A stretch of DNA of 64,000 nucleotides from Candidatus Collierbacteria bacterium RIFOXYD2_FULL_45_13 (GCA_001774685.1 MFAS01000001.1:159557-223556), one strand, 5' to 3'; shown: positions 19,577 to 28,722, numbered from the stretch's first letter. Made by a program: numbers and translations. Notes: a model not told the origin generated them from the sequence alone.

Positions 19577-21553
19577 TCACCCGAGACCCAATAAGCGTGC
19601 GTAGGCACCAGCTATCTTCGTCATTGCCGGGAACTCAGCTCTTTTTGCCTCGCTCATCCTCCAAACCTCTACTACTGCTCTAAGTTGCATCATCAGGTCC
19701 TTAGATTTACCTGGAGCAGCTTTCTCCATATCCGTCAAGAACTTCCTTATTTTTATCCCCTCAGCCTCGAGTGAAGCAAGAACAGGCTCCTTTGCCCCTT
19801 CGTCAACCAGCTCAGATAGTTGAATTAACATATTTTCAACACTAACTTTTTTGTTCTCTTTACTTTCAACCACAGGCCTAGCTTCAACAGCTTTCATTCC
19901 CTTTGCCTCCTCCGAATCCGGCAGATATGGAACCCCACCCTCTCTAATTTTCATTCTTTTTAACCACTCGACAATCTGTTCCCTATTTTCCCACTTTATC
20001 GAAGTACCTTCTAGTTTATATGGATACGTTACCTCTTTGTCAGACAACAACAACTCCGCTGCGTTTCTCAACCATTGTCTATTTTGATATGCTTGTTCCA
20101 TACTTGGGTCAAAGGAAATACTCGGTATATCAGCTCCCCGACGTATAAGATATTGTCTGATTTCTTCACTCCTCGCGGGATCTGTCCCTAAAACAGTAGC
20201 AGCTACTATATCCCCCAAGATGCCGTCATACCAAACTAAATTATCATTTTTCTCTCCCTCTTTGGTTCCTGTTTCCTCATCTATCCCATGCCCCTGTCCA
20301 AGACGTTTTTTAATCTCACCGTATAGCATCATCCATTTATAAAATTTCTCTAAGTTATTTCCTAAAAATACTTTTAGGTCTTTACTCATGGAAGCAATGT
20401 CATAATTTTCAGATTGTCTCTGAATTTCTGCTATAAGTTTTTGTATCTTTTTTCCTTCAACACCTCCAAGGTCTTTAGAATAAACTATCCCTAGTGTTGA
20501 AACATCAACTTTCGTATCTACGCCGATTACATTCAGATTGTACCCTCTACTTATTAGTCTCCTCACAGCCGCCAATCTCTCCGCATCACCAAACCGTAAA
20601 TCTCCCAACTGCTGGCGCATACTCTCATTCATGGGAACATTACCCAAGATCTTCAAAGCGGGAACCGGATCAACAAAAGAGGATTCGTCGCTAATCCTTA
20701 ACTCTGCCTTATCAACAATTCCGATATTTGTTATAGATGCTGTCTCTTTGAGCAGAGAATCTGCTGATGTTTGCTTCTCATCCGCCGGATGCTCACCTTT
20801 TTGTAGCAACATTCTCCGCGCTTCCCTCAAATCTTCTAGGTTAACTCTCGATTCAGATATGAGCGAAGTGTTTTCTTTCCAATCCAAAGGCTCTTCTGTT
20901 TCCAGATTCAAATATTTTTGTATCTCCAGCGTCATCCTTCGCCCATCCTCAAATCTCCTAACCGGCTTCCCTTCGCTACCAGCTCTGTCACTGGGTTTTG
21001 TCAACCACTTAATATGGAATTTCTTTATCCTTTCTTTTGCACCATTCCAAGCTTCAGGCGAAGCACTAACTTCATTTCTTTCTGGGTAAATTATCTTCAG
21101 GTCACCAACAAGTTGTGTTGCATAATATTCTGCACTATCAGCTTCCTTTGTCTCAGGCGCTCTATCAAATTCTTTAACTTCTGAGGTTATCACTCGTGGA
21201 GAACCAGTCTTTATTTCTACAGTACGGACATCACTACCACCCGTATCTGACATCACAACTTCAGCTATTCTTTGGCCGCCCTTTTGGCTACCTGTTTTTT
21301 CAACCACTTCCGGAATATCCTTATCTTCTTCGGCCAGGCTTCGCAAAGAAACCTTCTTTTTGTCAGGTTTTTTCTTTGTTGGAGCTATATTTCTAGCCTC
21401 CTCTTCTATCCTTAATCTCTCGGCTTTTGCTTCTTCAGATTCTACTAAGCCTTTTGGAACATCAGCCACCACAGATTGCCCTCCACTAGATTTTTCCAAT
21501 ATTTTTTTAAATCTATCTAATCGTGATTGTGTCGGTTCACTTGCTGGTGGCAT
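19577..21553 (-). CDS. large uncharacterised protein (658 aa), cytoplasmic, Lys/Glu-rich
   Basis: Uninterrupted ORF with no signal peptide, TM helix or recognisable motif. Divergently arranged from the PrgI-like gene. Confidence 0.6.
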   Translation of the reverse strand: MPPASEPTQSRLDRFKKILEKSSGGQSVVADVPKGLVESEEAKAERLRIEEEARNIAPTKKKPDKKKVSLRSLAEEDKDIPEVVEKTGSQKGGQRIAEVVMSDTGGSDVRTVEIKTGSPRVITSEVKEFDRAPETKEADSAEYYATQLVGDLKIIYPERNEVSASPEAWNGAKERIKKFHIKWLTKPSDRAGSEGKPVRRFEDGRRMTLEIQKYLNLETEEPLDWKENTSLISESRVNLEDLREARRMLLQKGEHPADEKQTSADSLLKETASITNIGIVDKAELRISDESSFVDPVPALKILGNVPMNESMRQQLGDLRFGDAERLAAVRRLISRGYNLNVIGVDTKVDVSTLGIVYSKDLGGVEGKKIQKLIAEIQRQSENYDIASMSKDLKVFLGNNLEKFYKWMMLYGEIKKRLGQGHGIDEETGTKEGEKNDNLVWYDGILGDIVAATVLGTDPARSEEIRQYLIRRGADIPSISFDPSMEQAYQNRQWLRNAAELLLSDKEVTYPYKLEGTSIKWENREQIVEWLKRMKIREGGVPYLPDSEEAKGMKAVEARPVVESKENKKVSVENMLIQLSELVDEGAKEPVLASLEAEGIKIRKFLTDMEKAAPGKSKDLMMQLRAVVEVWRMSEAKRAEFPAMTKIAGAYARLLGLG

Positions 21554-21682
21554 CTCACTCTCATCTTAACATTTTCACCCTTCAGACATATACAATATTT
21601 TTCCCAAATCTCACCAGACACGATATACTTAACTAGACTCATCGAACCAGCAACCAACAACTTAAGAACTTCTCACCAAGAC

Positions 21683-22600
21683 ATGGCCATTCAACAACAT
21701 CCACTACCGCAAGACATCAGCTCCTATCGCTTTCGCTTGATCGGTGACATGACCATCAAGCAGTTCGCTTCGCTGGGTATCTCCATTGTTGTTGCCGTCA
21801 TTGTTTATAGCCTTCCCTTACCCTTCTTTTTCAAATACCCGCTCTCTTTTATCTTTATCGTTCTCGGAGTCGGTATGGCTTTTGTTCCTGTTCAGGGACG
21901 CTCCTTAGATGTCTGGATCCTCGCCTTTATCCGTTCCATCTATTCCCCTACCCAATATGTCTGGAAACGCTCCAAGGATATTTCCGAAGAGATGACACTC
22001 CCCACCGGACCTCTTGTGGGAACTCAAGCGGTGTCCAACGCCAGAATAGAGCTCACTACCGCTTCACCAAACGCTCCGATTGTCTCCATTACCCCCGCTT
22101 CCGCTCCCCAAGCTCCGACTCCATCAATCTCTACGGAGCCCCCCCTTGTCGCTCCATCAACCTCTCCTGTGTCGATCACCCCCCCACCGGTTTCTCCTGT
22201 CCAAACAGAACAACCTCTTTCTGTACCCTCTTCACATCCAATATCTGATTCCACTTTAAACCCTACGGCCACGGCGACAACAACCAGCCTCTCTGCACCA
22301 ACCACTCCCCAAGTCGCCCAGCTTCCAATTCCTTTCACCCCCACCACTCCCAACACCCTTGTTGGTTTGACTCTTACACCCGAAGGAAAAATACTTGACG
22401 GAGTTCTGGTAGAAATTCAACACAATGGCCTTACTTCTCGAGCCACCAAAAGTAACAAACTCGGTCAGTTTATGTTTGCCCGTCCTCTGGAAAATGGCCT
22501 CTATCAAATCCTGGCCGAAAAAGAAGACTATACTTTCTCCCCCTATTCTCTAGATCTTACTGGCGAAATTATCCGACCTCTCAAAGTACAAGCAATCTAA
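21683..22600 (+). CDS. PrgI/VirB3-like membrane protein with Pro/Thr-rich linker and C-terminal carboxypeptidase-regulatory-like beta domain
   Basis: N-terminus PQDISSYRFRLIGDMTIKQFASLGISIVVAVIVY plus a second TM helix resembles PrgI-family (VirB3-analogue) proteins that precede VirB4 in Gram-positive-type T4SS. The C-terminus GKILDGVLVEIQHNGLTSRATKSNKLGQFMF...GLYQI is CarbopepD_reg-like. The start is chosen at the ATG at 21683. Confidence 0.45.
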   Translation: MAIQQHPLPQDISSYRFRLIGDMTIKQFASLGISIVVAVIVYSLPLPFFFKYPLSFIFIVLGVGMAFVPVQGRSLDVWILAFIRSIYSPTQYVWKRSKDISEEMTLPTGPLVGTQAVSNARIELTTASPNAPIVSITPASAPQAPTPSISTEPPLVAPSTSPVSITPPPVSPVQTEQPLSVPSSHPISDSTLNPTATATTTSLSAPTTPQVAQLPIPFTPTTPNTLVGLTLTPEGKILDGVLVEIQHNGLTSRATKSNKLGQFMFARPLENGLYQILAEKEDYTFSPYSLDLTGEIIRPLKVQAI

Positions 22601-22602
22601 AC

Positions 22603-23253
22603 ATGCCTGAAAACATCAAGTCATCGACCCAGGAAAGTCTCGATATTTACACTATCAAAAATCATCTTGTCTTTTTAAAAGACGGCTCTTGTTCGCTTGT
22701 CCTAAAAACTACAGCTATCAACTTCAATCTGCTTTCCGAAGAAGAGCAAGATGCCACTATCTATGGCTATGCCGGCTTACTGAACTCACTCTCTTTCTCT
22801 ATACAAATTCTTATCCGATCTCAACGAAAAAATATTTCCGATTATATTAATTTGTTAGACAATCGTATTCAGATTACTCCATCTCAAAAAGTCAAAGAGC
22901 AACTTCTTTCCTACCGTCAATTTGTCAAATCTCTCGTCAAAGAAAACCGTGTTCTGGAGAAAAAGTTTTATGTCATCGTTTCCTTTTCGGCTATCGAATT
23001 GGGTGTCACCAAATCAACCTTTAATCCCATGGCCAAAACCACCCAAAAACCTCCTTTTGACATCTCCTACATTGAAGAAAAAGCTTCGATGGCTCTCTAT
23101 CCTCGGCGCGATCACATTATTCGTCAGTTCGCTAGAATCGGACTCAAGGCCAGCCAGCTCACCACAAGCGAATTGGTGACTTTGTTTTACACTATTTATA
23201 ATCAAGGCAGTGTCACTCAGGCCATCACCCCGGGCAGATCCAACGCCTCCTAA
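22603..23253 (+). CDS. VirB4 N-terminal domain encoded as a separate ORF (split VirB4, part 1)
   Basis: LDIYTIKNHLVFLKDGSCSLVLKTTAINFNLLSEEEQDATIYGYAGLLNSLSFSIQILIRSQRK follows the N-terminal pattern of VirB4/TrbE proteins: (I/L)..hhhLkDGS....h.h.Gh.F.l...E......Y..LL. Recalled from Agrobacterium VirB4 and TrbE. Confidence 0.5.
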   Translation: MPENIKSSTQESLDIYTIKNHLVFLKDGSCSLVLKTTAINFNLLSEEEQDATIYGYAGLLNSLSFSIQILIRSQRKNISDYINLLDNRIQITPSQKVKEQLLSYRQFVKSLVKENRVLEKKFYVIVSFSAIELGVTKSTFNPMAKTTQKPPFDISYIEEKASMALYPRRDHIIRQFARIGLKASQLTTSELVTLFYTIYNQGSVTQAITPGRSNAS

Positions 23254-23282
23254 AACCTGTCGTCTTCAGTTATACTTAATTC

Positions 23283-25175
23283 ATGGCTTTGAACCTTTTT
23301 TCTCTTGGCAAAAAACAAAGCGTACCGCCTGCTACTGCACCTGTCTCTACACCGGTTCCTAACGTTACATCAACAAACTCTTCTTCCGTCGATCAAAAAT
23401 CTGCCGCCTCCAGTCAATCCATCCAAGATATTATTGCCCCCTCTGCCGTTGAAGTCGATTTTTCTCATATCAAAATCGACGATGTCTATATCCGCACCCT
23501 CTTCGTCACCGGCTACCCTCGCTATGTCTCCGCCAACTGGTTATCCCCCCTGGTCAACTTCAATCACTCTTTAGACATTTCCATGTTTGTCTACCCTTCA
23601 GATTCCAAGGATACCTTAGAGAGTCTCAGGAGACGCATCGCCGAGATGGAAGCGGAAATTAATACCGATATCGAACGAGGCCGCATCCCCCGTGCCGCCA
23701 CCGAAGCGGGCTTGGAAGACGCTAAAGTTCTCCAATCACAGCTGGTCAAGGGAGCCGAAAGATTTTTCCAGTTCTCTCTATATATCAGCATCTCCGCTGA
23801 TTCCGAAAAAGAACTAAACACCTCCACCGCTCAGATTCAGTCCATGTTGGCTTCTCTCTTGATTATCAGCAAAATTGCTTCCCTCTCTATGGAAGATGCT
23901 TTCAAAAGCACCCTTCCTTACTGCAAGGACAAGCTGATGTTAACGAGAAATATGGACACGACGGCTCTCTCTACTACTTTTCCTTTTACTTCCTCAGAAC
24001 TTTCTGATAACCAAGGGATTCTTTACGGCGTCAATGCCCACAACGACTCCCTGGTTATCTTCGACCGTTTCTCTCTGGAAAATGCCAACATGCTGATACT
24101 GGCCACTTCCGGTGCCGGCAAGTCATACGCTGTCAAGCTCGAGATCCTTCGCTCTCTGATGTTCGACTGTCAAGTCATTATTCTCGATCCTGAAAACGAG
24201 TATGAGATGGTCACTAAGTCTGTCGGCGGCAACTATCTCTCTTTTTCTACCAGCTCTCAACACAAAATTAATCCTTTCCAGATAGCCCGCCCCAAAGAAA
24301 GTACCGAAGATGAAATGGGTTATAAATATCTTTTTCTCATGTCTCTCCTCAAGATCATGATTGGCCAGATGGACCCTATCGAAGAGGCTACTATGAATAG
24401 GGCTCTCGTCCTGACCTATCGTCAAAAAGGCATTACCGAAGACCCAGCCACCCATACTCTCGAACCACCTCGCATGGAAGATCTTTATCGCTCTCTTATT
24501 GGTATGGAAGAATCAGTCAGTAAAACATTGGCCGCCAGACTCGAGCGGTTTGTCATGGGTGCCGTCAAGGGAATTTTCGACCAGCAAAGCAATATTGACA
24601 TCAACGCTCCCATCACCGTTTTTACTCTTCGAGATACCGCCGATGAGATTCGGCCCATCATCATGTTTATGATTCTGGACTTTGTCTGGAATGAAGTGCG
24701 AAAAAATCTTCGCAAAAGAATGCTTGTCGTCGATGAGGCCTGGTACCTCATGCGTTACGAAGACTCTGCCAAAATTCTTCAGGGCTTCGTTAAACGCGCA
24801 CGTAAGTATTACTTCGGTGTATCTATCATTTCTCAGAACGTTGATGACTTTCTTGGTTCGGCTTATGGTAAAGCCATTATCACGAACTCCGCCCTCAAAC
24901 TACTCCTCAAACAGTCATCCGCTGCCATCAACCAGATCTCCGAAGTTTTCTATCTTTCTCAAGGCGAAAAACAACTATTACTTTCGGCCGGAGTCGGAGA
25001 GGGTATTTTCTTTGCCGGTATGAACCACGTCGCCATCAAAATTATTTCCTCCGCCGATGAACATGCCTTAGCCACCAGTAAGCCTGCAGAAATTTTGGAA
25101 AGACAGAAACAAGAAAAAGCCCAAGCAGCCGCCGAAGCCGCTTCCCAAATACAACCACAGCTAAGTAATTCCTAA
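23283..25175 (+). CDS. virB4: VirB4/TrbE/PrgJ-family T4SS ATPase (split VirB4, part 2)
   Basis: DIIAPSAVEVDFSHIKIDDVYIRTLFVTGYPRYVSANWLSPLV...DISMFVYPSD matches the Gram-positive VirB4 (Orf16/TcpF/PrgJ) middle-domain pattern. Walker A is ILATSGAGKSYAVK and Walker B is RMLVVDEAWYLM. The start codon is directly preceded by TATACTTAATTC. Confidence 0.8.
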   Translation: MALNLFSLGKKQSVPPATAPVSTPVPNVTSTNSSSVDQKSAASSQSIQDIIAPSAVEVDFSHIKIDDVYIRTLFVTGYPRYVSANWLSPLVNFNHSLDISMFVYPSDSKDTLESLRRRIAEMEAEINTDIERGRIPRAATEAGLEDAKVLQSQLVKGAERFFQFSLYISISADSEKELNTSTAQIQSMLASLLIISKIASLSMEDAFKSTLPYCKDKLMLTRNMDTTALSTTFPFTSSELSDNQGILYGVNAHNDSLVIFDRFSLENANMLILATSGAGKSYAVKLEILRSLMFDCQVIILDPENEYEMVTKSVGGNYLSFSTSSQHKINPFQIARPKESTEDEMGYKYLFLMSLLKIMIGQMDPIEEATMNRALVLTYRQKGITEDPATHTLEPPRMEDLYRSLIGMEESVSKTLAARLERFVMGAVKGIFDQQSNIDINAPITVFTLRDTADEIRPIIMFMILDFVWNEVRKNLRKRMLVVDEAWYLMRYEDSAKILQGFVKRARKYYFGVSIISQNVDDFLGSAYGKAIITNSALKLLLKQSSAAINQISEVFYLSQGEKQLLLSAGVGEGIFFAGMNHVAIKIISSADEHALATSKPAEILERQKQEKAQAAAEAASQIQPQLSNS

Positions 25176-25177
25176 CC

Positions 25178-27709
25178 ATGGCCAATCACGAACAGGACAT
25201 CTATGATCTTGGACAGGTTCAAAAATATTTTCCAAAAAAATTAGAGGATCTTTCAGAACAAGAAAGAGCAGAGGCCTTACGACTTTTCAGTATAGGAGCT
25301 GGGTTTTATAACCAGTTTTTTCGAAAAGGTTCCGGTCACAAAGTAACCCCCTATACTTTTCAAAAAGAAGCCTCACCGGACGAAATTCAGCAAATCATAA
25401 ATTATTTGTCGAAAGAAGAGGAGGAGGAAACCAAAAAAACCAAAACTCCGGCCAAAGAAGAGTCGTCGGTTCCACCGGAGATCGAAGGTCTTGTCGAAGA
25501 ATACCGTCAAAATCAAGAACGTCTAAACGAAGAAGAGGTCAAATCCAGTGGTCAACGCACCGTCGCCGAACAAGTCAAAATTGCTCTCTCCCACTCCAAA
25601 ATCCGTGAGCAAATTATGGCCAATCGCCGAGAACGTGAAGCCGCAGGTGAAAAGTTTCAAGACCCAAACGAAGTAATCGTTAATCTGGGAGATCCAAAAA
25701 GCCAGAGTATCAACGCTGTTCTTTCCACCACCAAAAAAGCCATTGACTCTATCGCTTACACGTATCCTGGTTTTTCTTCTCTCTCAACTTCAGTTCAAAG
25801 ACAGGTCATCAACGATGCTGTTGACCTAAGTTTAGCTGGTATTGATGATTTAGACGTCGCTATTCAAACCGCCTCCATCCAACTAGGTGTTGATAGGATT
25901 CCCTCTAGCTACATTTCTGAGGTAGCTCGTGAGCTAAGTGATATAGAGAAAGATTCCGAAGAGCTGGAAGAAAGTCTTTCACAAAACGAATATGCCATTG
26001 ACAGTTTAAAAGCTAAAACCACACTATCTGACTCGGAACAACAGCAGTTAAATAAACTTCTTAAAGAAAATAACATTCTCACCTCCGGACTTAACAAGGC
26101 TTCTACCCGTTTCATCGATTTTGTCGATTCACAGAATGAAAGATATGGTCAATATCTTGCCGAAAAAAGGGACCACCTCAGAACCAACCCGGATCTGGAT
26201 GAACTTACCCTTGCCGCAAACACCAAAAGAGACAATCTTCACGAAAATCTTCTCAAAAACGGAGTTACTCCTAGAGGTTTTTCCGATCTGGACAAAATTG
26301 CCGGTTTGGTCACCGTCATTCAAAAAGACATTCCTGGCCTTCATCAATATGCCAGTTACGAAGGAGCTCAAGCCGCCGCCATCATTGGAGGAGGTCAGGG
26401 CCAGGCAATACTGGCCTATTCCAAAGGAGTCACCGGTGGAGTACTACGCCAAGCGGAAAAATATGCCGCTGCTAATCCCAATTCTGCTACAGCCAAATTT
26501 CTCGCCAACAATACTAAGGTTTTTCAAGCCGCCAGACGCTCCATTCGTGAAATAGAAAATTCCAAACTTGGAAAAGATGTTCTTCAGGCAGTCAGTAAGG
26601 GCAATCAAATCATCGGTATCGTCACCAATCCAGTCGGCGCTCTCAAACAATGGGCCGGTCAAAAAGCCGGCGAACAAATAGCTAAGAGGTTGGTTGAAAG
26701 ATTCGGGAGTGAGGCTCTCAAGAATGCCGCCAATCTGTTGTTGAAGGAGGGTCTCAAAGATGGAGTCAAAAAGCTAGCCTCTCAAGCTCTATCCAAAGTG
26801 GCTATCAAAGTTGCTACATGGGCGGCTTTAAAGTTAGGAATCAGTCTTACTGCCGAATCTTTGAACGCTATCATGCCCGGGCTAGGAGTTATTGTCGACA
26901 TTGTTGTTCAAGCCGTAATATATATCGCCGAAAAAACTATTGGTGCTGGCTATCAAGCCATGCAAAGTACGGCTAGAGAAATCTGGGGAGAGGAACTCAA
27001 ACCCCGCGATTTACTCGCTCCTCTGGCAGCATTGGGTGGACTCGCGGTTGCTCTATTTGGTACATTGAAGGCTGCTCAAAGAACCGCCCAAATAGCTGTA
27101 GTATCCGCCGCAGGTATCGTTATAGGATCTGTCAGTATTCTGTTAATTTATCTTTCTCTCGCCTTCCTAATTGCCCCCATGCTTTCCGCTTTGGTGCAAC
27201 TTGATAGTTTGGAGAAGGTTAAGTATTCCGAATATGCCGCGCCAGTCACCGCTACCAACTGTTCCAACGTACCTTGGCCCTTTTCAGACACTCATCCAAT
27301 TACACAAGGCCCTCGTCAAACAACTACCAGTTGTACCCACGCCGGCGACATCGCAGAATCTGCTGATTTCAGTGTCACTGTCGGAACTCCTATATTAAGC
27401 ATTTTCTCCGGAAAGATCGACTTCGCCGGATGGAGCGATGATGGCTATGGAAACAATGTTAAAATGACGGCAACCACCGACACGGGCACAAGCTTTACTG
27501 TCATTTACGGTCACTTCTCCAAAGTTTCAGTGACTACAGGTAGTACTGTTCAAGTTGGAGCTCAGTTGGGCTTATCGGGAAGCACTGGCTACAGCACAGG
27601 CCCTCATCTCCATCTCGGCTATCGTGGTATCGAATACAACTCGTGTCCTGCTGGCAATTTTAGAATTAACGAAAACTGTTGCACAACCGATACTTGCAAT
27701 CAGCCATAA
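25178..27709 (+). CDS. membrane protein with C-terminal M23 (LytM-type) peptidase domain; candidate T4SS cell-wall hydrolase (VirB1 analogue)
   Basis: C-terminus HAGDIAESADFSVTVGTPILSIFSGKIDFAGW...GYSTGPHLHLGYRGIEY carries the M23 HxxxD and HxH motifs. Two or three TM helices precede it around residues 600-660. The N-terminal region of about 600 aa is cytoplasmic and coiled-coil rich. Confidence 0.7.
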   Translation: MANHEQDIYDLGQVQKYFPKKLEDLSEQERAEALRLFSIGAGFYNQFFRKGSGHKVTPYTFQKEASPDEIQQIINYLSKEEEEETKKTKTPAKEESSVPPEIEGLVEEYRQNQERLNEEEVKSSGQRTVAEQVKIALSHSKIREQIMANRREREAAGEKFQDPNEVIVNLGDPKSQSINAVLSTTKKAIDSIAYTYPGFSSLSTSVQRQVINDAVDLSLAGIDDLDVAIQTASIQLGVDRIPSSYISEVARELSDIEKDSEELEESLSQNEYAIDSLKAKTTLSDSEQQQLNKLLKENNILTSGLNKASTRFIDFVDSQNERYGQYLAEKRDHLRTNPDLDELTLAANTKRDNLHENLLKNGVTPRGFSDLDKIAGLVTVIQKDIPGLHQYASYEGAQAAAIIGGGQGQAILAYSKGVTGGVLRQAEKYAAANPNSATAKFLANNTKVFQAARRSIREIENSKLGKDVLQAVSKGNQIIGIVTNPVGALKQWAGQKAGEQIAKRLVERFGSEALKNAANLLLKEGLKDGVKKLASQALSKVAIKVATWAALKLGISLTAESLNAIMPGLGVIVDIVVQAVIYIAEKTIGAGYQAMQSTAREIWGEELKPRDLLAPLAALGGLAVALFGTLKAAQRTAQIAVVSAAGIVIGSVSILLIYLSLAFLIAPMLSALVQLDSLEKVKYSEYAAPVTATNCSNVPWPFSDTHPITQGPRQTTTSCTHAGDIAESADFSVTVGTPILSIFSGKIDFAGWSDDGYGNNVKMTATTDTGTSFTVIYGHFSKVSVTTGSTVQVGAQLGLSGSTGYSTGPHLHLGYRGIEYNSCPAGNFRINENCCTTDTCNQP

Positions 27710-27714
27710 CGATT

Positions 27715-28722
27715 ATGATAAAAATAAATACCCATCTTTCCAAAAAGACGATCCTATTCGGAACTGCTATCCTCTTGCCTCTCGTAATTCTCACAAGTTA
27801 TTACTTGGCCTCCCGAACATCAAAAAACCAAGCAGCAACCATCAATCCTGAACCTGTTTCCACCAAAGAATCCTCTCCTTCTGCCGATCAAAATCCTTTC
27901 CAGAACAAATCCACCAAGTTAGAAGTAAATTGGGAAAATGCCAAAATCAATTTTCAAAAAGGGAACTACCCTACGTACGAGACAACACCTATTATCAATG
28001 ATGTAAATGTCGACTCGTTTGCCTCAATTCTCGGTTTTTCCGGCACAGATAGAAAGACATTACCAGACAATGATGCAATCTGGAAAAAAGGAAAGGAAAC
28101 ACTCCTTTATATTTCATCGGAGAACACTTTGGATTATCAAAATGAAAAGGTCTATGTTGGACCTTCCAGATTCAACGAAGCCAACCTTATCAACCGGGCC
28201 AAACAATATGCCTCCAATCTGTTCTCTCATACGGAGCTAGTACCTTCTCCTGTTACCTATTTCGGGGATAATGCCTATGAGCCAAATATTACCAATGTCA
28301 ACAACTCACTCTTAGCCCAAATCAACTTTAACCAAACTATAGGCGGCCATCTTGTAATACCGGCCAATCTAAAATCAGAGTACTTCATTTCGTTGTTTAT
28401 TACCCCTGATCTAACTATTCAAACATTCAAAAGCTCTCCCGGCTATCAATCGGCCAGAATTGCTTCAGGGGCTTCACTGGCAGATTTTGATAAGCTTAAG
28501 ACTATTCCCGCTAACTATTTTAGAAAAATAACAAACATGCCATTAGAAATAGAATCTATCATTACTTTCTCCAAAAAACTATATTATTCTGTCTCCTCTG
28601 TTGACATTGCTTATACAATTATTGGCTCCAAGGCCGTACCTGTTTACTATATCGACGGCACTGTTTACGGAGATAACATAAAAGTCAGTGACCATGTTGT
28701 TTACTTGGCGCCCTTGAACTAG
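27715..28722 (+). CDS. membrane-anchored extracytoplasmic hypothetical protein (335 aa)
   Basis: N-terminal TM anchor (ILFGTAILLPLVILTSYYLA). No known domain. Confidence 0.5.
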   Translation: MIKINTHLSKKTILFGTAILLPLVILTSYYLASRTSKNQAATINPEPVSTKESSPSADQNPFQNKSTKLEVNWENAKINFQKGNYPTYETTPIINDVNVDSFASILGFSGTDRKTLPDNDAIWKKGKETLLYISSENTLDYQNEKVYVGPSRFNEANLINRAKQYASNLFSHTELVPSPVTYFGDNAYEPNITNVNNSLLAQINFNQTIGGHLVIPANLKSEYFISLFITPDLTIQTFKSSPGYQSARIASGASLADFDKLKTIPANYFRKITNMPLEIESIITFSKKLYYSVSSVDIAYTIIGSKAVPVYYIDGTVYGDNIKVSDHVVYLAPLN

